Below the pieces are notes generated by a model, which made no database searches, was not told where the DNA came from, and saw only the letters and a list, made by a program, of their open reading frames with translations. From an uncultured bacterium (GTDB lineage Bacteria > Patescibacteriota > Minisyncoccia > Phycocordibacterales > GWA1-40-21): a stretch of DNA of 64,000 nt. This document shows positions 1 to 9,743 of this stretch, piece after piece; within the stretch, counting starts at the first letter, position 1, and every line of letters starts with the position of its first letter. Both the position numbers and the translations under genes were made by a program. Where the stretch lies: positions 21,961-85,960 of the forward strand of contig CAIJNK010000008.1 in NCBI GenBank assembly GCA_903822075.1, given 5' to 3'.

Positions 1-39
1 GTCCGCCACGCCTCCAAGAATTCCCGCTTTGTCTCATTG

Positions 40-558
40 TTAAAATTCTTTTTCATTTTGCCATTTCTCCAATTCTTTCAGTACCGCTTTGGGTACATAT
101 TTTGCGACTCTTTTTTCCCAGTTCTTGAAACCAACCATACCCCGGACCGTACTCGAGCTCACTTCGGACAAATTCCGTGGTGGCATCAGAAACACAGTGG
201 TCACCTCGGGATCGATATCCTCATTGACGTGCCTCATCTCGCGCTCAAATTCATAATCCTTGTGACTCCTGATCCCCCGCAGGACGAATTTGGCGTTAAC
301 AGATTTGGCATAATCGACGAGGTATGAACCAACAAAGTCCGTAACTTTTACTTTCTTTGTTTTTCCCACGACCAATCGAAGCATTTTCTTCCGTTGCTCA
401 GTGGAAAACGTCCCATTCTTTCCAGGGTGAACTCCTACCGCCACCACCACCTCGTCAAACATTTCGACGGCTTGTTTTATCATCCACAGATGCCCGTTCG
501 TCAGCAGATCAAAAGAACCGGCATACACCACTCGACGCACATTTTTGCTTGTTTTCAT
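40..558 (-). CDS. coaD: phosphopantetheine adenylyltransferase
   Basis: Nucleotidyltransferase signature AGSFDLLTNGH near the N-terminus; 172 aa; overlaps coaE by 4 nt. Confidence 0.85.
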   Translation of the reverse strand: MKTSKNVRRVVYAGSFDLLTNGHLWMIKQAVEMFDEVVVAVGVHPGKNGTFSTEQRKKMLRLVVGKTKKVKVTDFVGSYLVDYAKSVNAKFVLRGIRSHKDYEFEREMRHVNEDIDPEVTTVFLMPPRNLSEVSSSTVRGMVGFKNWEKRVAKYVPKAVLKELEKWQNEKEF

Positions 559-1169
559 TTCAGCTTTCCTTCCTTGAGTTCCACCAAATTTTGGTAAAGT
601 TTTTCAACTTTTCTTCTCATCTCAACTTCGTTGCAATCAGACCAGATGACCAGATCTGCCCGCTGCACTTTCTCCACTAAGGGCATTTGAGCACCGATTC
701 TTTGCTTGGCCGCCATTTCCGTCATCTTTCGTTCAGTCTGAAGTCTTCGTTCTTGTTCCGTTTCCGAACATGCCACAACGACTACCAGATCAAACAGAGA
801 AGACCAGCCGGTCTCAAAGATCAGAGCGGACTCCACCAGGATTATCCCCTGATCACTTTCCCTGGCCAGTTTTTTCACTTCTTGCCAAACCAGCGGATGC
901 ACTACTTTTTCAAGCTCTTTTCTTTTAGCTTGATCTGTAAAGAGCACCTTGGACAGTTCCTCTTTACCGACCTTTCCTTGAGTGCAAACATCAGAACCAA
1001 AGATCTTCCGGATAGTTATATATAAACCGTCCGAGAAGATCAGCCTTTTGGCCAAGCTATCTGTATCAATGACCAAAACGTCAGTAAACTGACTGAGTAT
1101 TCTGGACACGGTACTTTTCCCGCAACAGATACCGCCAGTGAGACCCACATGTAGTTTGGGACCTTTCAT
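555..1169 (-). CDS. coaE: dephospho-CoA kinase
   Basis: P-loop GLTGGICCGKST at the N-terminus; 204 aa, the typical CoaE size; forms an operon with coaD. Confidence 0.8.
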   Translation of the reverse strand: MKGPKLHVGLTGGICCGKSTVSRILSQFTDVLVIDTDSLAKRLIFSDGLYITIRKIFGSDVCTQGKVGKEELSKVLFTDQAKRKELEKVVHPLVWQEVKKLARESDQGIILVESALIFETGWSSLFDLVVVVACSETEQERRLQTERKMTEMAAKQRIGAQMPLVEKVQRADLVIWSDCNEVEMRRKVEKLYQNLVELKEGKLK

Positions 1170-1213
1170 ATTTCCTCCTTTTTCAAAGATCTATCTACCG
1201 TCACAATACTCGC

Positions 1214-1242
1214 TTGCAAGCTTTTGTTCAATCGTGTATAAT
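1214..1242 (+). promoter_or_regulatory. sigma70-like promoter (TTGCAA-17-TATAAT) upstream of TrmB-like gene
   Basis: -35 TTGCAA at 1214-1219, a 17-nt spacer, and -10 TATAAT at 1237-1242 preceded by TG. Confidence 0.35.
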
Positions 1243-1259
1243 AGTAGTTAGACGATATT

Positions 1260-2021
1260 ATGCAAAATCCCCAAAAAACCCTTGAAAAGCTTGGTCTGAC
1301 CGAATCTGAGATCCGGGTATATTTGTCCTTGGTGTCTGGCGCCAAGAATATCCGGGATATCCTAAAAACTTCGCAACTTAAAAGACCCACCGCCTATTAC
1401 GCCATAAATTCCCTACGCAAGAGAGGCTTGGTTACCAAACCGGTCGAGGAAAATACCATGATTTTTACCTTGGAACCGTATGAAAGACTGGAAACTTTGG
1501 TCGAGGAAAAATCCCGCGACATAGTGGCTCTGTCAAAGGAGATAGATCAGCTCATCCCCTCCTTTACCCGGAAAAACGCCAATAAAGATCAAAAACCGCT
1601 GGTCTCTTTTTATGAAGGAATTGAAGCCGTCAAGACGATCGTGATGGAGACTTTGTATTGTAAAAGCAAACTGCACCTGTCCATTGCCCCGCAAGATAAC
1701 TTTTTTTGGCAAGTCGGGGCAGAATTTGTAAAAACTTATGTGGAAGAAAGGACCAGGCGAAATATTGAAACACGAAATCTTTGGGAAAAAAGAATTGATC
1801 CTGAAGTCTATGAGCAATATTATCGGGAATATTCCAATGTGCGCATCCTGCCGCCGGTAATGCTTGGCAAGTTTGCCACTACCATTTTCCTCTATGATGA
1901 TAAGACTCTTTATATTTCTTCCCTCACAAACGCCTACTGCGTCCTCATCCAGTCCCAGGAACACAAAGATATGATGACCGCCATTTTTGAAGGTCTCTGG
2001 TCTGCTTCGGAGAAGCATTAG
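1260..2021 (+). CDS. TrmB-like winged-helix transcriptional regulator (paralog 1)
   Basis: N-terminal HTH region LEKLGLTESEIRVYLSL; paralogous to the ORFs at 9744, 26538 and 38348. Confidence 0.6.
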   Translation: MQNPQKTLEKLGLTESEIRVYLSLVSGAKNIRDILKTSQLKRPTAYYAINSLRKRGLVTKPVEENTMIFTLEPYERLETLVEEKSRDIVALSKEIDQLIPSFTRKNANKDQKPLVSFYEGIEAVKTIVMETLYCKSKLHLSIAPQDNFFWQVGAEFVKTYVEERTRRNIETRNLWEKRIDPEVYEQYYREYSNVRILPPVMLGKFATTIFLYDDKTLYISSLTNAYCVLIQSQEHKDMMTAIFEGLWSASEKH

Positions 2022-2169
2022 AATAACAATGTATTTTTGAGAAAAGTCAAGATTAACACACCAATCGCCATTAGTGTTGGTGAAGCCTTATTTTAAGCCA
2101 TATTTTGGAACAGTTAAATAACCCTTATTTTGCAACAAACTTACTGCACAGCTTTTGCACCATACCCTG

Positions 2170-2197
2170 TTGCAACAAAAAACCCAAGTATTATAAT
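2170..2197 (+). promoter_or_regulatory. sigma70-like promoter TTGCAA-16-TATAAT upstream of hup
   Basis: -35 at 2170-2175 and -10 TATAAT at 2192-2197; followed by the 18-bp palindrome ATTGCTCGCGCGAGCAAT at 2251-2268. Confidence 0.4.
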
Positions 2198-2280
2198 GGT
2201 TTGGTAGAATAAGGTCGAAAAAATTATTAGAATGAACGTAAAAGTTCATTGCTCGCGCGAGCAATTAATAAAATAAAAAT

Positions 2281-2553
2281 ATGAATAAACAAGCAATTGT
2301 CGAAGTAGTAAATGGTGTTCTTAACACTACCAAAGTACAAGCAGAACAAGTTGTGGATAAGGTATTTGATTCCATTGTCGCTTCTCTAAAGAAGGGCGAG
2401 GAAGTATCCATCGCCGGCCTTGGTATCTTTTCTGTAAAGCAGAGAGCAGCTCGAGACGCTAGAAACCCTCGAACCGGTGAGACCGTCAAGGTCGCCGCTA
2501 TGAAGGTTCCAAAGTTCCGCGCCGCCAAAGCTTTGAAGGACGCTGTAAAATAA
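2281..2553 (+). CDS. hup: DNA-binding protein HU
   Basis: 90 aa; HU/IHF motifs GLGIFSVKQRAARDARNPRTGE. Confidence 0.85.
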   Translation: MNKQAIVEVVNGVLNTTKVQAEQVVDKVFDSIVASLKKGEEVSIAGLGIFSVKQRAARDARNPRTGETVKVAAMKVPKFRAAKALKDAVK

Positions 2554-2566
2554 AGTCTTTAAAAAA

Positions 2567-2632
2567 GCCTCCGGAATATCCTCTTCACTTAACGAAGACT
2601 AATCGTTAGAGGACATTCCGGAGGCTTTTTTG
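2567..2632 (+). terminator. rho-independent terminator after hup
   Basis: 18-bp stem gcctccggaatatcctct / agaggacattccggaggc with one mismatch, followed by TTTTTT. Confidence 0.6.
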
Positions 2633-2704
2633 TTATTCCGTTTAGGCTATTTACAAAAATGGTAAAGTATAGTAGTATGCAAAAAGATAAGAAGGGAGGA
2701 AATT

Positions 2705-2893
2705 ATGGAGACTACCAGTAAAAACAGCATAACCCCAGAAGCTTTTGCTCGCTGGGCCATGCTCCACAAGTGGTGTATAACCACCGCGGAACGTAGGGAA
2801 GTCACCAAGAAAATGAAGCATTTACTCGCCCTCAAGCTCGTTAGCGATGATCAATTGAGTCAGTATAAGAGCTTAAGGAAGGGTCACATTTGA
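2705..2893 (+). CDS. hypothetical small protein
   Basis: Strong SD AAGGGAGGA 5 nt upstream of the ATG; a TTTACA-17-TAGTAT promoter-like sequence lies at 2650-2678. Confidence 0.4.
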   Translation: METTSKNSITPEAFARWAMLHKWCITTAERREVTKKMKHLLALKLVSDDQLSQYKSLRKGHI

Positions 2894-2927
2894 AGGCCGC
2901 AAGATATAGAACGTCTTCGGCCTTTTT

Positions 2928-3971
2928 CTATTTCCGGGGCATAGCTCTGACAATACTGAGGAGTTGTTTTCCTTCAGGCTTATTCAAATCAAACTTATCT
3001 GTCGGACTAGGAATATGCTTAATTCTTTCTCTGATCACTTGGCTATCATAACCCATACTTTTAACTATCCCGATGAGCTCCGCCGAGGCGTTATCATACA
3101 TTTCCAAAGCGCGGCGGTAATTGCCAATCAAGTTTTGATCATTACCCTCGGCTTTTTCCAACTCAATGAATTTTTCCAAGAGTTCGGCGAAAAAGATGAG
3201 TTGTGAGACAGTCTCTCGGATGAAATAAAATTTCAAATCGCAATTATCAAGTCTCTCCCTCAAGTTGGAATCCTCTGCCCCTTCTTCATAGGCGGTAAAA
3301 TCATCCACGGAATCTTCTACCAAATCTCCCGAGCAAGCTAAAATAACGTGTGGAATTTTGAAATCTCTAAGCTTGATGTCTTTTGGACCTTGCAGGGTAC
3401 TAATTTCAGTCTGAAAATATTTCATCTTGGGGATGCGCCCTTGGGACAAGAAAACAATCTGATCAAATATTTTTCCTAGTGCCTCTTTTTGACTCAAAGT
3501 AAAGTCAATGGAAAAGCCAACACAACGGATATCTCTTTCATCTCGGATTTCCCTATCCGGTAAAAGCTGCAAGGCTCCATCTATTTTATTGAAATAATCA
3601 TCATAAAGACTGCTGTTAATGACTTTCACCCGCTCTCCAAGCCAAGCCAGTTCCCTAATCAGTTGCGGTAACATTGACTCCACCAAAGCGGCCATGGCAC
3701 TCACTTCCCCATTATCAATTTTCTCAACAACTTGGGACTTTTCCGTAAAAGCTCTCCTTCTTTCTTCCACTCGCTGTAAATCCGCCTCCACTTCGGCTTT
3801 AGGAAATAAATTTACCACCCGGCCGGCCATTGGCACGGAGTAATCAATAAAGTCCTTTGGGTCAATTCTTCTATTTTCCGGGTTGCCTTCGACTTTCTCT
3901 ATCAAGTCAAATAATTCCCGACCCACGGCACTGAGAGACCCCCCTACAACTGATAGATTTTCTTTAGACAT
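2928..3971 (-). CDS. hypothetical protein
   Basis: 347-aa ORF with no recognisable motif; fits the local gene-dense layout. Confidence 0.5.
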   Translation of the reverse strand: MSKENLSVVGGSLSAVGRELFDLIEKVEGNPENRRIDPKDFIDYSVPMAGRVVNLFPKAEVEADLQRVEERRRAFTEKSQVVEKIDNGEVSAMAALVESMLPQLIRELAWLGERVKVINSSLYDDYFNKIDGALQLLPDREIRDERDIRCVGFSIDFTLSQKEALGKIFDQIVFLSQGRIPKMKYFQTEISTLQGPKDIKLRDFKIPHVILACSGDLVEDSVDDFTAYEEGAEDSNLRERLDNCDLKFYFIRETVSQLIFFAELLEKFIELEKAEGNDQNLIGNYRRALEMYDNASAELIGIVKSMGYDSQVIRERIKHIPSPTDKFDLNKPEGKQLLSIVRAMPRK

Positions 3972-4013
3972 AGACTTGATTGTTATAAATATAGCCGCCA
4001 GATAACTGACGGC

Positions 4014-4295
4014 TTACTTGGTGCAAACAAAGAAATTATCTATAACTTCCACACCTCCTTTTACGGTTATTAATGCTACTGGAACTTTGAAAATCCCCCG
4101 ATCATTCATTCGCTCCAAGAAAGCACTTGTTCCCTGTCTGACCAGCACCTGCCCGTCCGTTTCCGGTATTATGACAGCCTCATCTCTCTCTCCTAAGGAA
4201 AGAGCTACTACGGCTGCTCGTTCGGCCACCCCCTCGGCCAACACATAGCCCATATAGGCCTCTCTTTCTCGTGGTGTGTTATTGTTTTGTTCCAT
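4014..4295 (-). CDS. hypothetical protein
   Basis: 93-aa ORF tightly spaced with its neighbours. Confidence 0.4.
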   Translation of the reverse strand: MEQNNNTPREREAYMGYVLAEGVAERAAVVALSLGERDEAVIIPETDGQVLVRQGTSAFLERMNDRGIFKVPVALITVKGGVEVIDNFFVCTK

Positions 4296-4311
4296 GGTAT
4301 ATATTAACTAA

Positions 4312-5007
4312 TTAATTTACCGTTGTCAACTTTGCACTTATTTTTCTAATCACTTTATTTACCATTGCACCGTCGGAAACCATAATTTTATCCTGACCAT
4401 CCTTGGTGACATGATATGGTCCTCTTTCACCCGGCTCCGGGTCGCCATAAAATTTCACTGCCGCGCCAAAATCAATCACGTAAGGTTGGCAGGTTTCCCG
4501 GTCAATCATAATGTTTCCTTCATGCATATCACGATGATAAATACGCCGTTCATGAATCCTCTCCACGAAATCAAGCAAGTCTTTTTTAAATGAAGCCAAG
4601 TCAAAATTTGCGGGTAATTTTTCTCGGCCCTGTAAAACATCGTCCACACTCATTGCTGGCAAAGTTTCCATCATAAGAAAACTATTGCCGTTATCCGCTT
4701 CAAAACAAGCATAGACCTTTGGCACCTTTACTTTTATCCCCAGATTTTGCAATTCATTCAAAAAAGCTTGCTCTTGAGACGGTGGCAAATAAAAATCTAC
4801 CTCGGTTATTTGCTCCGGTTTCTTATAGATTTTAATGCAAACCTTGTCATTAGAATGCAGAAAACAAATCTTAGCTGTCCGCCCCTCGCCCAAACGCTTG
4901 CTGCTGTCAGCCAAAAGTGCCTCTATTTCCATTTCCTGATCAGCCAAAATCTTCTCCGCAATTGCCCGGTATTCCTCATTTATCTGTAATTTTCCAACTT
5001 CGTACAT
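4312..5007 (-). CDS. protein-kinase-like (RIO/Kdo-kinase-like) protein
   Basis: Catalytic-loop HRDMHEGNIMID and DFG motif VIDFGAA. The start is moved to the Met at 5007 because the longer ORF (to 5049) overlaps a tRNA. Confidence 0.55.
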   Translation of the reverse strand: MYEVGKLQINEEYRAIAEKILADQEMEIEALLADSSKRLGEGRTAKICFLHSNDKVCIKIYKKPEQITEVDFYLPPSQEQAFLNELQNLGIKVKVPKVYACFEADNGNSFLMMETLPAMSVDDVLQGREKLPANFDLASFKKDLLDFVERIHERRIYHRDMHEGNIMIDRETCQPYVIDFGAAVKFYGDPEPGERGPYHVTKDGQDKIMVSDGAMVNKVIRKISAKLTTVN

Positions 5008-5022
5008 AATATATTTTACTCG

Positions 5023-5093
5023 TGCGGGTAGGGCGAATCGAACGCCCAACCAGAGTTTGGAAAACTCTCATTTTACCATTAAACTATACCCGC
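5023..5093 (-). tRNA. tRNA-Gly(UCC)
   Basis: Reverse-complement folds as a cloverleaf: acceptor GCGGGTA/TACCCGC, anticodon loop TTTCCAA, T-loop TTCGATT, discriminator A. Confidence 0.8.
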
Positions 5094-5146
5094 ATTGATT
5101 GTAAAAAGAACCTTCATATTATACACAAAATCGACAAATCTCAAAA

Positions 5147-5455
5147 TTATTTCTCCGCCATGATTTTGACGATTTTTAGCACTTCGTCAAAGTTATCTCT
5201 TTTCTCCACTTTTTTTCGACGTTCAAAACCGCATTTCTCACAGCGAAAAGTGAGTAGATATTCACCCTTTTCCGTTTCAACCTTAATCGGTTTCATCATA
5301 CCCTGACAAGACGAAGATCGATCACCGGGGTTAACATCCACATGTTTACTCCACAAGCATTTGGGACAATGGTTAGTATAGCCGTCCCCCACCACCTTTT
5401 CTCCGCAGTGCTCGCAAATAAAATCCTCCACTTTTTTTTGAAACAGCTTAGTCAT
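5147..5455 (-). CDS. RNHCP-domain zinc-ribbon protein
   Basis: Motif GYTNHCPKCLWSKH plus CxxC pairs; 102 aa. Confidence 0.6.
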   Translation of the reverse strand: MTKLFQKKVEDFICEHCGEKVVGDGYTNHCPKCLWSKHVDVNPGDRSSSCQGMMKPIKVETEKGEYLLTFRCEKCGFERRKKVEKRDNFDEVLKIVKIMAEK

Positions 5456-5819
5456 TTAATTTTAATTTTTCTTCGGCACCGCTAATCAGATTTAAGGTCT
5501 TCGTGCTCTGGATAAAAAGCAGGAAAACTCCCTCTTCAAATTTATCGGGCCCTCTTTGGCCAATCAAGCCATAATCCTTATCCAATTCCTTGTAACGCTC
5601 TCTGCTTTCAAAATACTCTTTGGCCAATTCCTGATCAGTTCTATCAACGGACATCAGGTATTTCTTTATTCTAAGATACCATTCAAGATCCTTGATATAT
5701 TTTTGAAGAAGTTCCTCTCTTTTCGCCTCCGTCTCATGCGCCCTAAATAATGCCTGTTTTATTTTCACCAGACATAAATCCTCTGTGTTCGGAGAAATGT
5801 CATCTTTAATGTATTCCAT
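5448..5819 (-). CDS. hypothetical protein
   Basis: 123-aa ORF overlapping the downstream gene by 8 nt, suggesting an operon. Confidence 0.45.
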   Translation of the reverse strand: MEYIKDDISPNTEDLCLVKIKQALFRAHETEAKREELLQKYIKDLEWYLRIKKYLMSVDRTDQELAKEYFESRERYKELDKDYGLIGQRGPDKFEEGVFLLFIQSTKTLNLISGAEEKLKLND

Positions 5820-5878
5820 ATTTCATATTCTTTCATAAAATAAAAAACTATGCTAGTATTCTTTGGTCAATCAGATAT

Positions 5879-5949
5879 CGGGGCGTGGTGTAACGGTAGC
5901 ATACATGCTTTGGGAGCATGCAGTTCGGGTTCAAATCCCGGCGCCCCGA
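5879..5949 (+). tRNA. tRNA-Pro(UGG)
   Basis: Acceptor CGGGGCG/CGCCCCG, anticodon stem CATGC/GCATG with loop TTTGGGA, T-loop TTCAAAT. Confidence 0.8.
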
Positions 5950-5990
5950 CAAACAAAACGGCTTTCAGGCCGTTTTTAGTTTGTCGGGGC
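5943..5990 (+). terminator. nested palindrome / terminator hairpin after tRNA-Pro
   Basis: Inner hairpin aaacggc-tttcag-gccgttttt; outer arms gccccgacaaac / gtttgtcggggc. Confidence 0.45.
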
Positions 5991-6134
5991 GCAAAAATGC
6001 GACTAAGCATTTTTAGGGATTTGAAAAGGTTCTTCCATATTTTTGAGCAATTCCGATTGTAAAAAAATGGGAAACCTGTACAGAAACTGTAAGTTTCAAA
6101 ATTTCCGTCTATCGGACATTCATATAGGACACTA

Positions 6135-6578
6135 CTAAATTATGATATCTTCGAGATAATTCACCTTCGTTTGCATATTCTTCAGGTCTAAATAAACAGT
6201 TATAACATCAAATTGCCAGTCAGTTTCATATGAAACAGCACTATTACCGCGGTAACCAAGTAAATATGTTTGTATTACTCGACTTAAACGCTTTAATTTC
6301 CAAGGATGAAGATTATCTTCTGGCCGATAGGTATCGGTTTCATGTGGAACATGCTCCAGATTATACTTAAGATTTTCACGTGTAACTGTCTTAACTTCGA
6401 CAAAGTGAAGTTTCTGTCCTTTTCTGGCAATAATATCTATCTCACCCCACTTTTTTGAATAGTTTCGTTCCACAACTTCAAGACCATGTTTCACCAGAAA
6501 CCTACAAGCAATATTCTCGCCAATATCCCCCGTTTTCCTTTTTTCTGTACGATTATCTTTTTTTGTTTCTGGTTTCAT
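6135..6578 (-). CDS. YraN-family (UPF0102) endonuclease-like protein
   Basis: GENIACRFLVKHGLEVVERNY…GEIDIIA matches the YraN core; 147 aa. Confidence 0.55.
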   Translation of the reverse strand: MKPETKKDNRTEKRKTGDIGENIACRFLVKHGLEVVERNYSKKWGEIDIIARKGQKLHFVEVKTVTRENLKYNLEHVPHETDTYRPEDNLHPWKLKRLSRVIQTYLLGYRGNSAVSYETDWQFDVITVYLDLKNMQTKVNYLEDIII

Positions 6579-6584
6579 ATGAAA

Positions 6585-7244
6585 CTATATCTTACGTAGT
6601 GCTATTTCAAACCACGATTGGCCACTGATATCCTGGACATTCTTGTATATTACAAAAAATATATATGGGCAGAGCTTTTCTATATCCTCCAGAGTATAAA
6701 AATAGTAATATTTATCATCACTCATATTCTTTATGTGTTCCTCCCTATACTGTCCAAATTTAGTCCCCATATACAAAATACCACCAATTTTAAGGATTCT
6801 ATAGCAATCAACTACCAGACGAGCCAATTCCTCACGTTTCAGGTGTAACACAGAAGCAAAACTAAAGATAATTCCAAATGTTTCATCTGAAACATCACTC
6901 AAGTCACGCATATCTTTCACCTGAAAGACTGCTTGTGGCACTTTTTGTCTAGCAAATTTAATTAAGCCTAGAGAAGCATCAATACCGACATAATTGTTGA
7001 CTCCCACCTTTGAAACAATATATTCGGCATCACGCCCGCTTCCACAACCAAGTTCCAGTACTTTATTTGATCTGGATTCATTTAATTTTAAAGCACGGTC
7101 AACATCTTCAATCCTGATACCATAACTATCAAACTTATCAGAGTAAAACTGTGCATTTTTATCATACGCTTCTATTGTTTTTTGGTTTTTGTCCATACTT
7201 TTGTGTTTCAGATGTAACCTTGTTTCACGTGAAACTAAATACAC
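6585..7244 (-). CDS. class I SAM-dependent methyltransferase
   Basis: Motif I VLELGCGSGRD; an alternative start is the Met at 7196. Confidence 0.65.
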   Translation of the reverse strand: MYLVSRETRLHLKHKSMDKNQKTIEAYDKNAQFYSDKFDSYGIRIEDVDRALKLNESRSNKVLELGCGSGRDAEYIVSKVGVNNYVGIDASLGLIKFARQKVPQAVFQVKDMRDLSDVSDETFGIIFSFASVLHLKREELARLVVDCYRILKIGGILYMGTKFGQYREEHIKNMSDDKYYYFYTLEDIEKLCPYIFFVIYKNVQDISGQSWFEIALRKI

Positions 7245-7625
7245 TATTTATAAGACCGGAGCAGTGTTACGTAATTCTGTCTATTAAATATAACCTTATT
7301 TATAGCCGTATATTATCAAAGACGAATCTTTCTGTCTAAAATATCTTATTAATGAATAATTAATAAAAGACGTCTTTTATCAACATATCCCCATAGTTAT
7401 CCACAGTTCCATATCCGAATGGTGTTTATAAATAAAGTCAAAATGAACTTTTTCTCACGTATTTCAAAAAACGTGTTGAAATTTGTCCGTAAAAAACTTA
7501 ACCGTCTTTTAAGAAATCCTGCGTTTAGTATAGCACGAATTATTTTATCGATAGAAAAATTTGTAAAAAAAATTGTTTTCGTATATGATAGGTTGGTCAC
7601 CTTCAGTAAAAGTTGGTGTACCAAT

Positions 7626-7696
7626 GCGGGCATGGTTTAGTGGTAGAACAGGTCCTTGCCAAGGATCAGACGGGAGTCCGATTCTCCCTGCCCGCA
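7626..7696 (+). tRNA. tRNA-Gly(GCC)
   Basis: Acceptor GCGGGCA/TGCCCGC, anticodon loop TTGCCAA, T-arm GGGAG-TCCGATT-CTCCC. Confidence 0.8.
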
Positions 7697-7725
7697 CTCC
7701 GAATAGTTTTATTAATCATTTATCC

Positions 7726-7797
7726 GCTCCCATGGTGAAATGGATATCACAACGGTCTTCGGAACCGTTATTGTGGGTTCGAGTCCTACTGGGGGCG
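7726..7797 (+). tRNA. tRNA-Arg(UCG)
   Basis: Acceptor GCTCCCA/TGGGGGC with one G·U pair, D-stem GTGA/TCAC, anticodon stem ACGGT/ACCGT with loop CTTCGGA, T-loop TTCGAGT. Confidence 0.75.
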
Positions 7798-7808
7798 CAA
7801 AAAATTAG

Positions 7809-9311
7809 ATGACTCTAAATAAGTACGAGGTAAAAAAGTTAAATCTTCCGGAAGAAGTGTTATTTGTCGTAAATACCTTGAAAAACAAGGGTTTTGAGGC
7901 GTATTTAATTGGTGGTTGTGTTCGAGATATCCTACTTAGCAGGAAACCAAAAGATTGGGACGTAACGACCAACGCCACACCAGAGGAGATAATCCCTTTA
8001 TTTAAAGATACTTTCTATGAAAACAATTATGGCACCGTAGGAATTGTAAATGAAGAGTGCAAAGATGAGACCTTAAAAGTGATTGAAGTGACACCATATC
8101 GTCTGGAAGCAGAGTATTCTGATAATAGGCGCCCTGATCACGTCACTTTTAGTAAAAACTTGGAAGAAGACTTACAAAGAAGGGATTTTACAATTAATGC
8201 TATTGCCTTAGATATTGATAAAACCGGTAAAAAAGGAGACTGCCTAGATTATTATAACGGACACGAGGACATAAATAATAAGATCATCCGAACCGTGGGG
8301 GAGGCTCATGACAGATTCAACGAAGACGGCCTTAGAATTCTACGCGCAGTCAGAATAGCCACAGAAATAGGTTTTAAAATTGATAAAAACACGGAAAAAG
8401 CCATAATTAACAACGTTTCTTTACTAAAAAAAATCGCTAAGGAAAGGATTCGGGATGAATTTGAAAAGATAGTTATGTCTGACCACCCCATGGATGGGCT
8501 GATTTTCTGTCGCAAGGTGGGTATTTTGCCATATATTTCACCAGAGATAGAAATAATGGTGAGTATTGAACAAAGTCGGTCCCATATTTATGATGTCTAC
8601 GAACACAGCTTACGGGCTTTACAGCATACCGCCGATAAAAAATACTCCTTAGAGTTGAGATTGGCAGCCCTTTTCCATGATATCGGCAAACCCAGCACCA
8701 GAAGGCGAGACGAGGCACAAAACCTTTGGACTTTTTACGGGCATGAAGTAGTGGGTTCTAAAATGGTAGCTAAAATTTTAACGGAGCTAAGATTCCCTAA
8801 GAAAGTGATTGAAAAAGTTACCAAGCTAGTTCGGTGGCATATGTTCTTTGCGGATACTGAACAAATTTCCTTATCGGCAGTCAGACGCATAATATCCAGT
8901 GTGGGGAGAGACAATATTTGGGACCTGATGAACTTACGTGGTGCTGACAGAATGGGCATGGGCAGACCAAAAGAAAGCCCATACCGCCTTAGAAAATATC
9001 ATTCAATGGTAGAAGAAGCGATGACCGATCCAGTATCTGTGGGGATGCTTAAAATTGACGGTCAGAAACTAATGGAAGTTACTCAAGAAAAGCCCGGACC
9101 CAAAATAGGCTATATTTTGCACGCTCTTTTGGAAGAAGTGTTAGAAAACCCAGCCTTAAACACGGAAGAGTATTTAAACAAAAGAAGTAAAGAATTAGTG
9201 AAATTAGATGCCTTAGAACTTAAAAAGCTTGGGGATTCCGGCAAAGAAACTAAAGAAAAGGAAGAGGAGAAGAAAATTGAGGATATAAGAAAAAAGTACT
9301 GGGTGAAATAG
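7809..9311 (+). CDS. cca: CCA-adding tRNA nucleotidyltransferase with HD domain
   Basis: GGCVRDILL…DWD polymerase-beta motif and an HD domain (LFHDIGK); sits directly downstream of the tRNA pair. Confidence 0.8.
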   Translation: MTLNKYEVKKLNLPEEVLFVVNTLKNKGFEAYLIGGCVRDILLSRKPKDWDVTTNATPEEIIPLFKDTFYENNYGTVGIVNEECKDETLKVIEVTPYRLEAEYSDNRRPDHVTFSKNLEEDLQRRDFTINAIALDIDKTGKKGDCLDYYNGHEDINNKIIRTVGEAHDRFNEDGLRILRAVRIATEIGFKIDKNTEKAIINNVSLLKKIAKERIRDEFEKIVMSDHPMDGLIFCRKVGILPYISPEIEIMVSIEQSRSHIYDVYEHSLRALQHTADKKYSLELRLAALFHDIGKPSTRRRDEAQNLWTFYGHEVVGSKMVAKILTELRFPKKVIEKVTKLVRWHMFFADTEQISLSAVRRIISSVGRDNIWDLMNLRGADRMGMGRPKESPYRLRKYHSMVEEAMTDPVSVGMLKIDGQKLMEVTQEKPGPKIGYILHALLEEVLENPALNTEEYLNKRSKELVKLDALELKKLGDSGKETKEKEEEKKIEDIRKKYWVK

Positions 9312-9743
9312 GGAATTAAAAAACCGCTCCTAAGTGGTCTTTCAAAAGTCGGTTAAGAAAAACAATTGGGAACGGTTTGAAGGCCGGCCCATATGTTTTG
9401 TATATTTTGGTACCGAGCTTCGATATGTGTGACATTGATCAGATGTCATTTTTTCTGCGAAAGAACAAATTTTTCTTCAACACTTGATGACTAGTTGGCA
9501 AAAGATGTTTGCCTACATTTTTGTCTTCGGTGTTGGTCTGGTATCATTATAATCTATCTAAAAGACATGTAAAGGACATTTAACCTTCAACCTGTGGATA
9601 ACTTTTTCGTGAATGTCCTTTATAAAGGACATCAAAAAAACATATACAGGATAAGGCTATTTTGCAAAATATAATATCTGTCAAAATAATATTACACAAA
9701 TTATTTAGCATTATGATATAATCGAGACTAATAAAAATATAAA

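Noticed and set aside
7397-7405. Perfect DnaA box TTATCCACA upstream of the tRNA-Gly/Arg pair
   Set aside because: It is a single isolated box far from dnaA and probably coincidental, although two further half-sites (atatcc) lie nearby.
7573-7812. 79-aa ORF spanning tRNA-Gly and tRNA-Arg
   Set aside because: It is entirely explained by the two tRNA genes.
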